From Chrysomallon squamiferum (taxonomy: Eukaryota; Animalia; Mollusca): a DNA stretch of 64,000 bases. Below the pieces are notes generated by a model, which did not search any database, was not told the DNA's origin, and was given only the letters and a program-made list of their open reading frames with translations. Within the stretch, counting starts at the first letter, position 1, and every line of letters begins with the position of its first letter. Positions 43,957 to 56,951 of the stretch are shown here, in pieces. Location: the NCBI GenBank assembly GCA_012295275.1, contig CM022679.1, forward strand, positions 21,762,001 to 21,826,000, written 5' to 3'. The translations under genes and the position numbers were made by a program.

Positions 43957-44783
43957 TGGCAAAGGGAAGCATAATTCAACATAAAAACAAAGAACAACTA
44001 TTTAAAAATAAGAATGAACGAAATATAAGTAAACGAACGAACGAACGTTTAACGACACCGTAGTACAAAAATACCTTTCTATTAGATTTCAGACAGAGGC
44101 AAATAAATGAATATTCTAAAAAGAAAAGATCAAAGAAAATGCAATAGAAATCTGATTAATGGTTTCTAGTTTTCATCAGCTGAGGTTAAAACAAAGAAGC
44201 ACACCAGGCAACCTCGTGCAGATGACGTCATCATCATTAATTATTTCAAAATGGCAGACTTGGTGATTAAGTTTTTTCACAACAGAATTATTATTCATCT
44301 TCAGCTGAAGGACAAGATAGCGGTGATGAAGGTGATGGATGAAGGAAGGATAAAAATAACGATCAAAAGAGAACGAAGGAAAGAAAGAAAAAACAAAAAC
44401 TGAAGGAGAATGAAGTAAGGAAACACAGAAAGAAATAAGGGACAGACAGGAATGATTAAATGAATAAAGATTTTAAAAAGAAAGAAAGATTTTATTAAAA
44501 GAGGAAGGGTAATTAAAATTTTGAATGCGTATTTTTTTTTTTTTTTTTTTTACTGATAGTGTTGGATTATTTTCAAGCCGAAGAACAATGGTTGCTTTAT
44601 CCAAGTTTCAAAACAGTAAAAATAAACCCGATCCTAAATGTAACTCTTATAGCAGATTATAAAAACTTAAATACTAAAAAAAATGTTAAACATTTAATAA
44701 AAATTAATAATCAGTAAAAAACACCAATAAATATATATATTATATTAAAAACGAAAATATTTATTTATTATTATTAAACTTAA

Positions 44784-44826
<43 letters not shown>

Positions 44827-47111
44827 TATCGACTGCAAGGATTGGTCTAAAACCCCAAACGAACGATGCCAGCGTCACTCGTGACCTGAACGTCCTCAGA
44901 AACATGACGTCAAGTCCGCTCCTTGCAGCTAACGAACGAGTTCGTTAGCTTTTCAAACTTTGAAAATGATAGTTCTCATCACTTCAGTCATCACACCACG
45001 ATCTACACCTGTTCATAACTTCATGGGAATGCTGAGTATGAAACCAACCTTGTTTACCGACAGGAAAATGAAAATATAAAATAAAAATAACTAAAGCGTG
45101 TTTTGGTTTGTCGAGCAACTAAATAGTCACATCATTGCCTCTACTACGATTTAACTTGCAGGAGAAATAATAATAATTTTTAAAAATCACTTTACCGTTG
45201 TTGTTAGTTTTTTTTTTTTTGTGGTTTTTTCATAAGAAGCCAAGCCTTTGATAAACTGTTTTACCTTAGCAGGCCCAGTTATCTGGATGTTGTTTTGGTT
45301 GTTGTTTTATTAAACTGCAGGCAGCAGACGAGATATAACAACTCGCCCACATGTCAAACGTGTGTAATCTGTATTAGCACGGACGAGTTCGACCGACATA
45401 ACCTATTCGTTTAGTTACTGCGGTAAACGCCTCAAAAAGCGTGTAGGTGATTAATAAAATAAACTTATAATCATCTTTGTTTCATTCTCCGATAGAGATT
45501 CTTCCAATACTTGACCATTTAAATGTCAAAGGTTCTGTGTTTAAAATGGCCGACCTGAAGCGAAGTGAGCTGATTTGATAAGAGCGTAAATTCGACCTTT
45601 TGAAATAGAGAACCCAAGTTGCAGAGTGACTGCGTATTTTAAAGAACTTTCATTTTAAGTTAAACGTGATTTGAAATTTTGTTTTCATTTTATTTATTTA
45701 TTTTAGTATTTAACGAAGAAATTTATGTATTATATTATACTAGGGGATAAAAAAAAAGAAAAAAAAAAGGATTTCAGATGCACTTGGAAACACAAAAAGA
45801 AGAAAAGAAATTCTTTATCAGTATTCTATTACAATTTTTTTTATCATATATCATATTTATAGTATGGGCCAACGAAAGAGTGGATATTTCTGGGAGCGAT
45901 TACGTTATGAATCTTAAAACATAATATTATATAAGAGAAATAAAACCCAAGGCTGATATACAATGACTGCTATTATTTCATAAGAACATACACACACACA
46001 AACATGCCCTCAGAGCATATCTATGTCCTTAAAGTGAACTGATGCATTCTGATAGAAAGACGACACCAAGAGATACTCAGACAAAGATACAGAGAACAGA
46101 ACTCTTCTTTGTCTCGTTATGTTCCACGCCATAAATAAAAGTTTCTAAATCTAGTTACACCGAGAATACAGTGCACATCATCGTATCATCATCGCCTTGG
46201 TAACAATATACTTTGTACCATCACCTTGGTAACTGTATAGTGTAATTTATCCAAAAAAAAAAAAAAAAAAAAAAAAAAGAAGTATAACACACCACTACAT
46301 AATCAGACACGCCACGAGTCTACGTTTCGTACAGTTAATACAAACAGACAGATTAATTAGCACGGTAACACGCTCACTGATTTCCACGTAGGTGTGAGAA
46401 AGTGAGTCAGTGATCAAGTCTGTTAATGGCCGACGGTGAATTTCATTTCTTTTCCTGACATTTTCCTAATTACAGCCGTTCCTGCTCCGGTCACTTCCCA
46501 ATTCCTGCGACGTGTTTCGAGACGGTGCACGGTGTCCCCGTGGTCGCGTTTGTATCGGCAGTCGATTTGATCTTTGCTCCAGAGCAACGCGTCGAAGTCT
46601 CAAATCGAATATCTGCTGTTAGTCTTTGTTCGCCACTGTTCAGTGTTCGCTGCAGGCTCGTTCAGTTGTTGGCAGTTTTAGGTTAACTTTGTCATGTTGA
46701 GAATTTCGTTTTTTATTTCTTAGTGCAGGATGTTTTTCCTTCTTCGAATTCTGCTTATTTTTGTCACTGTCATCATCATCATTTCTGTTTTACTAACTTG
46801 CTATTACTACTACTGCTGCTGTTATTACTACTATGACCACATTTAATGTTGTTACTATTAGAGCTATTGTTAACACAAATAATTCTACTATTGCTCTTAG
46901 AATTACTGTCATTGTTACTGTTATTTAATACTTCCATTCCTTCTAATACTTGACTGTTACTGTTATTACTGCTACATCTACGAGCATTATCACTATTAAT
47001 ACTATCCGCATTACTGCTATTTACTGCTGTTTACTGTTACTAATACTACTCAAGTTATTACTACTACTACCACCCTTTTAATGTTATTACTGTTATTGTT
47101 ATTTCCACCAT

Positions 47112-47998
47112 GGTTGGACGTCATAAGCGTGTAAGACAAAAGCGCGCCGACCATAAAACATTTGTTATTTTTATTATTATTATTTTAAATATCATTTAAG
47201 AAAGATTAGTTCCAAAGATGAAGAATCTTTCAGCGTCATCTGCACCGGAGATACGTAGCAGAAATTTGTCTCCGCTCATCGTACTTTTTTTTTTTTTCAG
47301 AATTTCTGGAATGTCGATTTTACTGACAGTTCTTGGATTCCGCACAGGTTCACCATCCAGCTTGCGTTTTCTCTCAATCATTCTTTGAGTGGATGCATAT
47401 TTCAGAAGTTGAACAACAGCTTGTTGTGAAAGATCAGCTTGCTGTTGCTAAATCAAAAATCGCGGTGAATCTCGAGAGGTTGCAAACCTCTGTCGAATTG
47501 TGGCAAGACACTGCTTCACTTCAATTTCGCCACATTTGCTACATGATTGTGATTGTTACTTTTGTCATCTGATTATCGTTCAAATGTAACGAATTGGACT
47601 ATTTTTTTTTTAAGTACAGCACCAAGAACCAGGTCCGTTACTTAACTTTCTGTCAAAACGATAAAAAAAAAAAAAAAGATTTATACAACTGACCCTTCTG
47701 GGAAAAAAAACTCGATTTTTGTTGAGGAGTAGACTTTATCGAGCTTTATAGCAAATCGTTTTCAAGAAAGGCTGTGCGGTCATCTCGGGATTCTTTCGTA
47801 GGCGTGCAACTAATTTAAACTTCATGATCACAGATAACAGTTTTGACACTGGTTCACGAGCTTGTCAAAACCTATCAAAGATTCCTTTTGTGCCAGAATT
47901 AAATTTTGATTAAAATGACGGTTACTGCGTTCAGATCTATACATGTTAAGGGCACAACGACATAAGCGCTTTTATCGGCGCGCTTACGTCAGTGTTCC
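47112..47998 (-). mobile_element. Internally deleted, degenerate Mutator-like (FLYWCH-MULE) DNA transposon
   Basis: GG...CC ends. Imperfect 9-bp TSD: ttccaccat (47103-47111) and ttctaccac (47999-48007). AAGCGCGCCGA occurs in inverted orientation near both ends. Transposase remnants lie inside. Confidence 0.75.
47150..47716 (-). pseudogene. N-terminal relic of a FLYWCH-MULE transposase, disrupted by stops and frameshifts
   Basis: Minus-strand pieces SQKG..YRFDRKLSNGPGSWCCT..HNH (FLYWCH-like), then ATIRQRFATSRDSPRFLI and QQAVVQLLKYASTQRMIERKRKLDGEPVRNPRTVSKIDIPEILK..TMSGDKFLLRISGADDAERFFIFGT. This matches the usual FLL-DSG..R..IF-T segment before the first catalytic Asp, and the relic is truncated there. 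Confidence 0.75.
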
Positions 47999-48198
47999 TT
48001 CTACCACATCTACGAATACTAGCCCACTAATACTGTTATTACAACTACCAAAGCTGATACCTCTAATACTATTCCTTCTTACTGTTATTATTATTACAAC
48101 TACATCTGCGACTACTACGACTACTATCGCTACTAATATAACTGCTATTTCTGCAAATTACTATTACTAATGCTACTGCTACTATCAGTACTACTGCT

Positions 48199-48429
48199 AT
48201 TTCCACCATGGTTGGACGTCATAAGCGTGCAAGACAAAAGCGCGCCGACCATAAAACATTTGTTATTTTTATTATTATTATTTTAAATATCATTTAAGAA
48301 AGATTAGTTCCAAAGATGAAGAATCTTTCAGCGTCATCTGCACCGGAGTCATGTAGCACAAATTTGTCTCCGCTCATCGTTTTTTTCAGAATTTCTGGAA
48401 TGTCGATTTTACTGACAGTTCTTGGATTC
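48199..48429 (-). repeat. Local direct duplication of 47101-47340 (MULE end plus its flank)
   Basis: Near-identical ~230-bp sequence from atttccaccatggttggacgtc to acagttcttggattc, with a few substitutions and a shorter T-run. Confidence 0.95.
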
Positions 48430-48595
48430 TGCTACTGGTGTTGCTATAGCAGATGTTACTACTACTTCGTCAAATAAGCTTTATATTCAAGAAGCATTTA
48501 GAAATCATAATCATTCTTGAATCTACACCATGTAGCTTAAGTTACTTAAATATCTCAGTATCAGATACCTTGGTTTTATTGTTATTGTGCTGTTG

Positions 48596-48695
48596 TACAT
48601 ACATACATACATACATACATACATACATACATACATACATACATACATACATACATACATACATACATACATACATACATACATACATACATACA

Positions 48696-48724
<29 letters not shown>
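48596..48724. repeat. Pure (TACA)n microsatellite
   Basis: Uninterrupted tetranucleotide repeat. Confidence 0.95.
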
Positions 48725-48727
<3 letters not shown>

Positions 48728-49488
48728 AAAACATTCCTTGCTCACATTCATTTAAACTACTATACGGATAGGAAACTTTGCAGTATCTAGACAAACCAAT
48801 AGAGGCGAGTGCATTTAAACCTTAACACTAATAACATTCTTTCTTCTTTCTTCAAATAATATTACACTAACAGCAGTGCGCTTTTTCTATCAACATCACA
48901 GAGATTATGTTGTGAGCTATCAGACTCTGGAACGAAGATCATTCTAAAGGTCTTTTTATAATACTATATAATAGTCTGCTGTAGATGAACATACCCTGAA
49001 ATGTACTTATTCACTTATTCAGTCTTTTTCATTCTACACAACACAGATGTTTTGTAACATCAGCGATTCACTTAATAGTATTAAGGTCAGTTATTTCACA
49101 CAAAAAAAAACAACATATTTTCCCCCCAAGAAAACAGAGACTATCATTTGAAATATCGCTACTAAGTCAGCTGTATGTAGATGTGACATTTAATGAAATG
49201 ACATTCTCTGGCGGTGGTTTTAAGATTCAGGAATGATAAACATTGATATCTCGCTAAGATCGTGACGTGCAATATTAAACAATGACATAACTGCACCGTA
49301 TCAAAGATCTCAACTTCGTTTCACTCTTACGCCATTTGTATTTTCTCCGCTGGAGCACACTAAAATGAATTTGAAATTGGATTCTGTTGACACCATGAGA
49401 AATCTAATTTTCTCTTTCTTCTGTAAACATCAGTTTGGTGGGATTTTGTTTCATCCGTGAAGCACGACATGTTTAGTTTAAGAAATTC

Positions 49489-49583
49489 TGGTATTTGTTT
49501 CAAGTCTGTGGGAAGGTGTATATTAATATCACTTCTTGCTAATCAGTAAAAGTAGTCCCCTGAGTGGCGACAAGCTTTCCTCT
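49489..49583 (+). mobile_element. SINE central-domain fragment (resembles a gastropod SINE)
   Basis: gtgggaaggtgtatattaatatcacttcttgctaatca matches the reverse complement of 50385-50425 and, more weakly, 11364-11415. The family assignment is from recall. Confidence 0.6.
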
Positions 49584-50267
49584 GTCATAAAATAAATAAT
49601 GAATGAATCAGTAAAGAAAAATTAATGTAGGCCTGCAAATTAAAATAAATATATAAATAAATAAATGAAACAAATAAGTCATCAGAACATAATTAAAAGA
49701 ACGAAAATAAAATAAAAACAAAACAGGAAACACGTCACAACATATGAACTCTAAAAACTCTAACCAATCCCTTTCATCAAAAAAAAAAAAAAAAAAAAAA
49801 AAAAAAGCCTCTGCCACTTGTATTCCGGTGGCAACCAGTGAAATCTGGTTTTATTAGGCGATGACTAACAAGTGAACCAGGTCTCACAAAACACCTTTTT
49901 TTTTTTTGTCAAGCCTTCATCAACACATGAAAGTTGAAATATTTTGTAAGACAGAGAACATCCGCTGATTCTGTAAGACAGTCTAGACATAACTAATCTC
50001 TGTTAATTTTAAGTGTTAGGTTACTGAAAGACACGGGCATTGCATGCATTTTTTATTTTATTTTATTTTATTTTATTTTATTTTATTTATTTATTTACTA
50101 TTTATCTGTTTAATTTAAAAAATATATATATATTTTTAGTCCATTTTCATTTCTTTTATAAGTTAAAATAAAATAATAATGTTGTTGTGTTTGTTATGTA
50201 TTTCTTTGGGTTTGTATGTATATGTATGCGTTTTGTCTATGTTTTATCTGTGTATTTAACGTAGACG

Positions 50268-50355
<88 letters not shown>

Positions 50356-50450
50356 AAAAACAAGTACCGCTCAGATACTTTTTTGATAAGCTTGCAAGAG
50401 ATCTTTTCTATGTACCTTCCCACTTAGAGGAGTCCACTTACCACATGGCC
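50356..50450 (-). mobile_element. SINE central-domain fragment, inverted relative to 49489-49583
   Basis: Reverse complement reads gtgggaaggtacatagaaaagatctcttgcaagcttatca, which aligns with the 49.5-kb copy. Confidence 0.6.
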
Positions 50451-50600
50451 TATATATATATATATATACACACATATATAATAAATAAAAAATAATAGTA
50501 ATAATAATAATAAAAAAACACTAGCCGACGGGAAACTGTGCAGAGATAGCGAGAAGAGGTGCAGCTATTAATGATAACAGTCTACATTTTTATTTATTTA

Positions 50601-50654
<54 letters not shown>

Positions 50655-51550
50655 TTTATTTATTTATTTATTTTTATTTATTTATTTACTCATTTTAATT
50701 AAAAGAAATCTTTTTTTTTTTCCGTACTGCAATTTTTTCTTTCTTTAAAAAAAACCCAAACAACAAGAACAACAAAAAAAAACAACTTCAGAAGTTTAGT
50801 TTTTCATGTTTTATTTTCTTTTACTGATTATTTCGAGTTACAAAGAAAAAACTTGAAATAAAATTAACATTTAAAAAAAAAAAAAAAGTTTTTAGAAACT
50901 GTTTTTACAACCAAAATACTTCCTAAACAAGTGTATTTATACAAAGCTTTATTTTAGATAATATTTGACAAAATATTGCTACTATCTACGTTCCGCTATA
51001 CGCCCAAGTATAACATATCAAAGAGTGAAGAGAGAAAAAAGTGAAAAAATAACATATAAATAAATTTTATTTTTGCTGTTTGTTTCCAATTAGCATCTTG
51101 AAAAAAAAGCTGTGAACAAAAAAAAGAGATATCTTTCATGTTTCTTTTGCGTTTGCTATTTGTGTTGTTTTCTGTCGTCATTTCTTTTTTCTTTTACTTT
51201 TTTTTTTTACTTTTTACTTATATATTGTTTTTTACAACCGTTTGAAATTAAAGTCGCTGTTTTAATGAATTTGTTTCTGTATTATTATTTTTTTAATATT
51301 TGCGAGATAGTAAAACTATTTTTAAAAACTGTCAGAAGAGATAAAAATACCATTTCTACGAAAGCAAGCCTTTCAGTTTTATGAACAAATAACAGTAGAA
51401 GATGTAAATATATATATACAGATATAAACACAGATATAGGTACAGATACAGAAGTAGATATAACGATAGATATAGATATATATATATATATATACAGATA
51501 AACAGATATCTATACAGATAGATATATAGACAGACAGATATACTAATATT

Positions 51551-51888
51551 TATATTCAAATCTCTCTATATAGAAACTGTCTATCTGTATCTGTATGTGT
51601 ATATATAAATATTATCTATATCGATATTCAAATAAACCTTTCTATATAGAAACTGCGAATGTCTATCTGTATCTGTATGTGTATATATAAATAGTATCTA
51701 TATCTATATTCAAATCTCTCTATATAGAAACTGTCTATCTGTATCTGTATGTGTATATATAAATATTATCTATATCGATATTCAAATAAATCTTTCTATA
51801 TAGAAACTGTGAATGTCTATCTGTATCTGTATGTGTATATATAAATAGTATCTATATCTATATTCAACTCTATCTATCTATATAGAAA
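51551..51888. repeat. Tandem repeat with higher-order structure: 72-bp and 82-bp monomers, 154-bp dimer x2 plus a partial unit
   Basis: tatattcaaatctctctatatagaaactg recurs at 51551 and 51705. Alternate monomers carry aataaa and gaat insertions. Confidence 0.9.
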
Positions 51889-53092
51889 TTACGAATATCA
51901 TGTTCATTTACCATTCCCCACCTTTTTCATTTTTTTTTTCTTCTTCTGTGCTTAGAATACTTTCATTTCCTCAACTTTTTTTTTTAAAGAATACCTGTGC
52001 TAAGAATACTTTTCTTAAAAACACAGCATTTAAAACGTAGCAAGCACACTCCAAGTAATTAGAGCACATTTGAGTGGTTATATGCCACATTCCACGCATA
52101 TAAACACTGGTTTATACATTTCATTTGACATTATGCATGTAACAGGTGCATTTTATAACATAATACGAAAATCATGGCTAATATGTACTTTTAATAGACA
52201 CGAAAGGTTGAAAAAATATTATTGTAAGTAAGAAAAAAAAAGTCCCTTGTCGGATATTTCAAACGCATTTAAAGTCTATTTTCAGACAACGACGATGTTA
52301 ATGATGACTATAACGACGATGGAGGTGACGGCAGCAGTTGCGATTATGATGATGACGACGATGATGCAATATTCCGGGAAGCTGTGTAATTGCTTCTCTA
52401 AGTATCTCCTTTAATGTTTTTTCTTTTTTTTTTTTTTTTTATTTTTTTACTCATGTTCTTTATTTTTATTATAAAATATATAAAATAAAAAACAACACAC
52501 AAACAAACAAACAGATAGGAACATAGAGAGTAGAGATTAGAAAAAATATGTAGACATATTCAAAAAAAAAAAAAATAAATAAATAAATTTAAAAATAACC
52601 CTAGAACAATAACAGTGATGTAATTGTATATTAACGCAGTGGAAGCAGTAAATGAAAGTTAGTAGCACAGAAATTCACAGTTGTATATAAAACTCTGTCT
52701 ATCTGTCTACACATTCATACGAAACGTGGCCTTTAATCGGGTCACTTGTGGCATTTGCCGAAAAAGTAGAAAAACCTCTACAGCCGAGACACGACCCTTT
52801 GGCACTGTACGTGAAGACTTGAACTGGCAGATTAAATACATTTTATATACGCCAGGCTGACCCGGGGGTTGCATACAGTTCTAGTATCGTGTGGTGATTA
52901 TAGCCCGGGTGTCAATAAAATGCGAGTTTTATACTGACACAAAGCAGGAGGGCGATCTTAGAGATTACGTTACGCTGGACTCGGTCGTCATGTTTTGGCG
53001 AGTTGTTTAGTTTCATAGTTGTTCCGTTATGAATGGAAGTATCAGAGACGATTATGAAAATGATGGAGGTGGCGGTTATAATGAGAGGGAGG

Positions 53093-53183
<91 letters not shown>

Positions 53184-53304
53184 TGAAGCCACCAGGAACG
53201 AGATATAGAAAGATAATATAATAATAATAATAAATTAAATCAAATTAAATTAAATTAAATAAATAAATAGATGTTCATAACGACCATGTTAAAATAACAA
53301 AACG

Positions 53305-53339
<35 letters not shown>

Positions 53340-54062
53340 CACAAAACAAAACAAACAAACAACAAAACAAAAAAAGAACATTACTTAGAGTCGAATTCTA
53401 ATTATTTACACATGCGCAATGATTTCTTACGACGCGCCACCTAGATAACCAGACACTTCGACCTGTCGGAGTTATCTGACTTTGAGACTAAAGCGACAAC
53501 TCTACAGACGGATTAATTTGTACCTTTCGAAACAAAACGACGATCTCTAGCCGAGATACTCAAAGCACCTGGCGGTCAGATAAAGCACTTATCAAATATC
53601 AAGATTTATTTGCACCTGAAAGGACGGTGAAACGAGATTCTTTGCCAATAATCCGTCGCCCCAACTTTATCAAGGTAGATAACTTTGAAAGTTTTATCGC
53701 TCCCGGTATGAAATGAATTCCTAAGATTAGTCCCGTTGGAGAAAAACAAATTTCTCTTTCGTGATGTACTGTTGTTAGATGTGCGCGCGTAAATAATGAT
53801 AAAGCGGACGGCAAAGAGCGACAGTGATAAATGAACGTATGAATGAGTAGCATGCAAATGAGTCGTTCGGTAGTCCTCAGAATCGAAACGAAATCGATGA
53901 CGTTTTGAAGAATTTAAATATTAAAATATCAAACAAAAGAAAACTAAATGAATTGTAGAAACGCTAAAACCTTAAAGAATAACAATAATAATAATTAAAA
54001 CAATAGCAACAACAAAAACAACAGCAATAATAATAATAAAACAGACCAAATAAATCACATAA

Positions 54063-54166
<104 letters not shown>

Positions 54167-54599
54167 ACAATAACAGCAAAACACAATAGCATTATTCAGT
54201 GCCAGAGTAGTAGTTTTTGTTCCTATTATTATTTAAAGTATCTTTATAACAGGCCACTAATAACAACAACAACAACAATTCGGGTTAACAAATGTGCTGC
54301 TACCTGCTGCAAATCGTCAAAAATTAAAACAAACTGCGCCGTATGTCCAAACCTTTAGCAATATATTTTTGAAATGCATCACCGATTATGAAAAAAATAA
54401 TAAAAATAAAAATAAAAAATAAAAATTCTGTTCTAAAATAGATGACTTTTCTCTCGATATATTTCTAATCAGGTACCAGTCTATTTCTTTTTGCTTAGAT
54501 AAGTACAAAAACATATTTAAATAATTTATATTTCATACAGAAATTGACTGATAAAGCTGGTATTCGATACAGCAATCTCGACGTGTGAACAGAAAGGTT

Positions 54600-54760
54600 A
54601 TCGGACTTGCTAAATATTCGAGTGAATGACGTCATCACTGTCAATGGGACGTTATCTAAACGGCGGAGAGTAGATCGATGACATCACAGCGGAACCGGAA
54701 ACGCGACTGGACCGAGCGAGATTGTTATCGGAGAGTTTAGATTCGATGTCGAGGTTTTTT
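54600..54760. promoter_or_regulatory. CpG-rich regulatory islet (CRE + ETS)
   Basis: ATGACGTCAT (core 54627-54634), TGACATCA 54679, ACCGGAAA 54694, GATA-like TTATC sites. Confidence 0.35.
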
Positions 54761-55405
54761 TTTTTTACGTTTAGGTATGTTATAGGTGATAAAATTGTTC
54801 TGCGTTATTTTAAGTCAGAAGATAAATGGGAGACGAGGGGAAAAAAATTAATAAAAAAGAAGAAAAAGAAAAAGAAAGGAAAACATCGTAGACTCAGTAC
54901 AAAAACTACTGGCTTGGACGGATTCAGATGGAGAACGCAAAGTCTGGGCCTCACGTCTAGTTTTGTGTTCGTTATTTTGAAAAACAGGACTGGAAGAGTG
55001 TAAGACACACCCACTCCAAGTTCTGTTTTCTTTATTATAAGAAATGGAAGACACAGCAGGCACTCTTCTCCTGTGCTTTGCTGACCGAGCTGTTTTCTTC
55101 AGAACCTAAATCATTTCATTGTCTGTTGTTGTTGTTTTTTTGTGCTAATGAAACTCCATCCTTTTCGTGATCGGCCATTGTCGTTTGTTATTTTCAGAAT
55201 ATATGAAACAAACTTTCTTCCTGAAAACTGTGTTAAGTTCATAATACAGTCGGTTTTTAAAACAAATGATACTCAGTGACTTGCTTTTAAAATAAAATAA
55301 AAATAATAAAATATTTATTTAAAACAAATGATTATTAGAGTATTGACTTGTTTTTAAAGTTAAATAAAAAATTATTTTATTTCTTTTTATATTTATTTTA
55401 TTAAC

Positions 55406-55483
<78 letters not shown>

Positions 55484-56476
55484 CATTTTTATTTTATATT
55501 TTTTTATTTTTTTTTTTCAATTTCACCATCCCTACCTTTTTCTAACATAACAAGACAAAACAGTCTGAGTTTCGAGTTTCTGTTGTTCCGGGCAGCAGTT
55601 TGTTTTGTATGTCAGCAAGTACAGGCAGACGAGACTAGAAGTAAACACATTACAACCAACCTGTATGGTTTATTTCATACCTACAGACAGCTTGTTCTGG
55701 CCCATCAAAGGACTATCACGAGAAACACGTGCAAAGTGGTTGCCAGATGGCTTCGAGTGCACGTATAAACTTCACGGTAATGGTGGTCTCAAATCTCGTG
55801 CTATGTCCACGTGCCTCGAGATGACATAGCGCACGTGCAGTGTCGGGTCAAGACTTGCACGAAAATGTTTCCGGTCAGCAATAAGTTAAGTAGAAGCGTG
55901 TTTCAGATAAATCCGTGAGCAGTAACAAAAGAAATAAAGTAGACAGGAGAAGGAGTCGGTTGTCATGTTTAAATACAAAACAAAATTAGCTTTTAACAGC
56001 TTAGTTACAGACGTATTTTTCAAAGTGAAAGAATGATGCAGGTAACAATAGTTCGGATCATAACGATTAAACCGATGGTGACAACAAAGAGTAACTTATA
56101 TCTAGCATTAAATTATCAAATCTGTAGCTAAAGATATATTTTTTTTCTGTACCTATTAACCTCACACTTTTACACACTCCTTCATTTAAAAGTACAAGTG
56201 AATAAAATATCAACGAAGCGTAGCTGACATTTTAACTCGTGTCTTCAAAAATATACATCCACGTCTAACTTTCCATAAATATTCTATATATCTTTCACTG
56301 ATTTCGTCTGACAGAATGCAGGTGTCATTGTTTCTATCAGAAATTACAAACAGATAATGTAGGAATTTGATGAATTTAAACGCCACGAAGATCCTGGCAT
56401 GGTATCGCGTGGGGCTCTGTTCGCAATCAGTTCATTACATCAGCGTGATTTGTGTCGTCGTAAATCATAACAAGCG

Positions 56477-56951
56477 AGATTAATACCTTTCTGAGCGTCA
56501 AAACATGATCATTACGTCACAGACTGATACCTTTCTAAGCGTCAAAACATGATCATTGCATTACAGATTGGTACTTTTCTAAGCGTCAAAATACGAACCT
56601 TACGTTACAGATTGATACCTTTCTAAGCGTCAAAACACGAACCTTACGTTACAGATTGATACCTTTCTAAGCGTCAAAATATAAACCTTACGTTACAGAT
56701 TGATACCTTTCTAAGCGTCAAAACATTATCATTACGTTACAGACTCAAAACATTATCATTACGTTACAGACTGATACCTTTCTAAGCGTCAAAACATGAA
56801 CCTTACGTTACAGATTGATACCTTTCTAAGCGTCAAAACACGAACCTTACGTTACAAATTGATACCTTTCTAGGCGTCAAAACCTTACCATGCATTAGAG
56901 ATTAATATCTGTCCTATGAACTATGCGTTACAAGTTAATACCTTTCTAAGC
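56477..56951. repeat. Minisatellite, 44-bp unit, ~10 copies (acctttctaagcgtcaaaacacgaaccttacgttacagattgat)
   Basis: The (a/g)agcgtc anchor recurs at 56493, 56537, 56581, 56625, 56669, 56713, 56784 and 56828. There is one 27-bp truncated unit and an orphan partial copy at ~57499-57523. Confidence 0.95.

Noticed and set aside
56477-56951. CRISPR-like appearance of the 44-bp array
   Set aside because: There are no unique spacers (the variable part has only two related states), no cas genes, and the context is eukaryotic.
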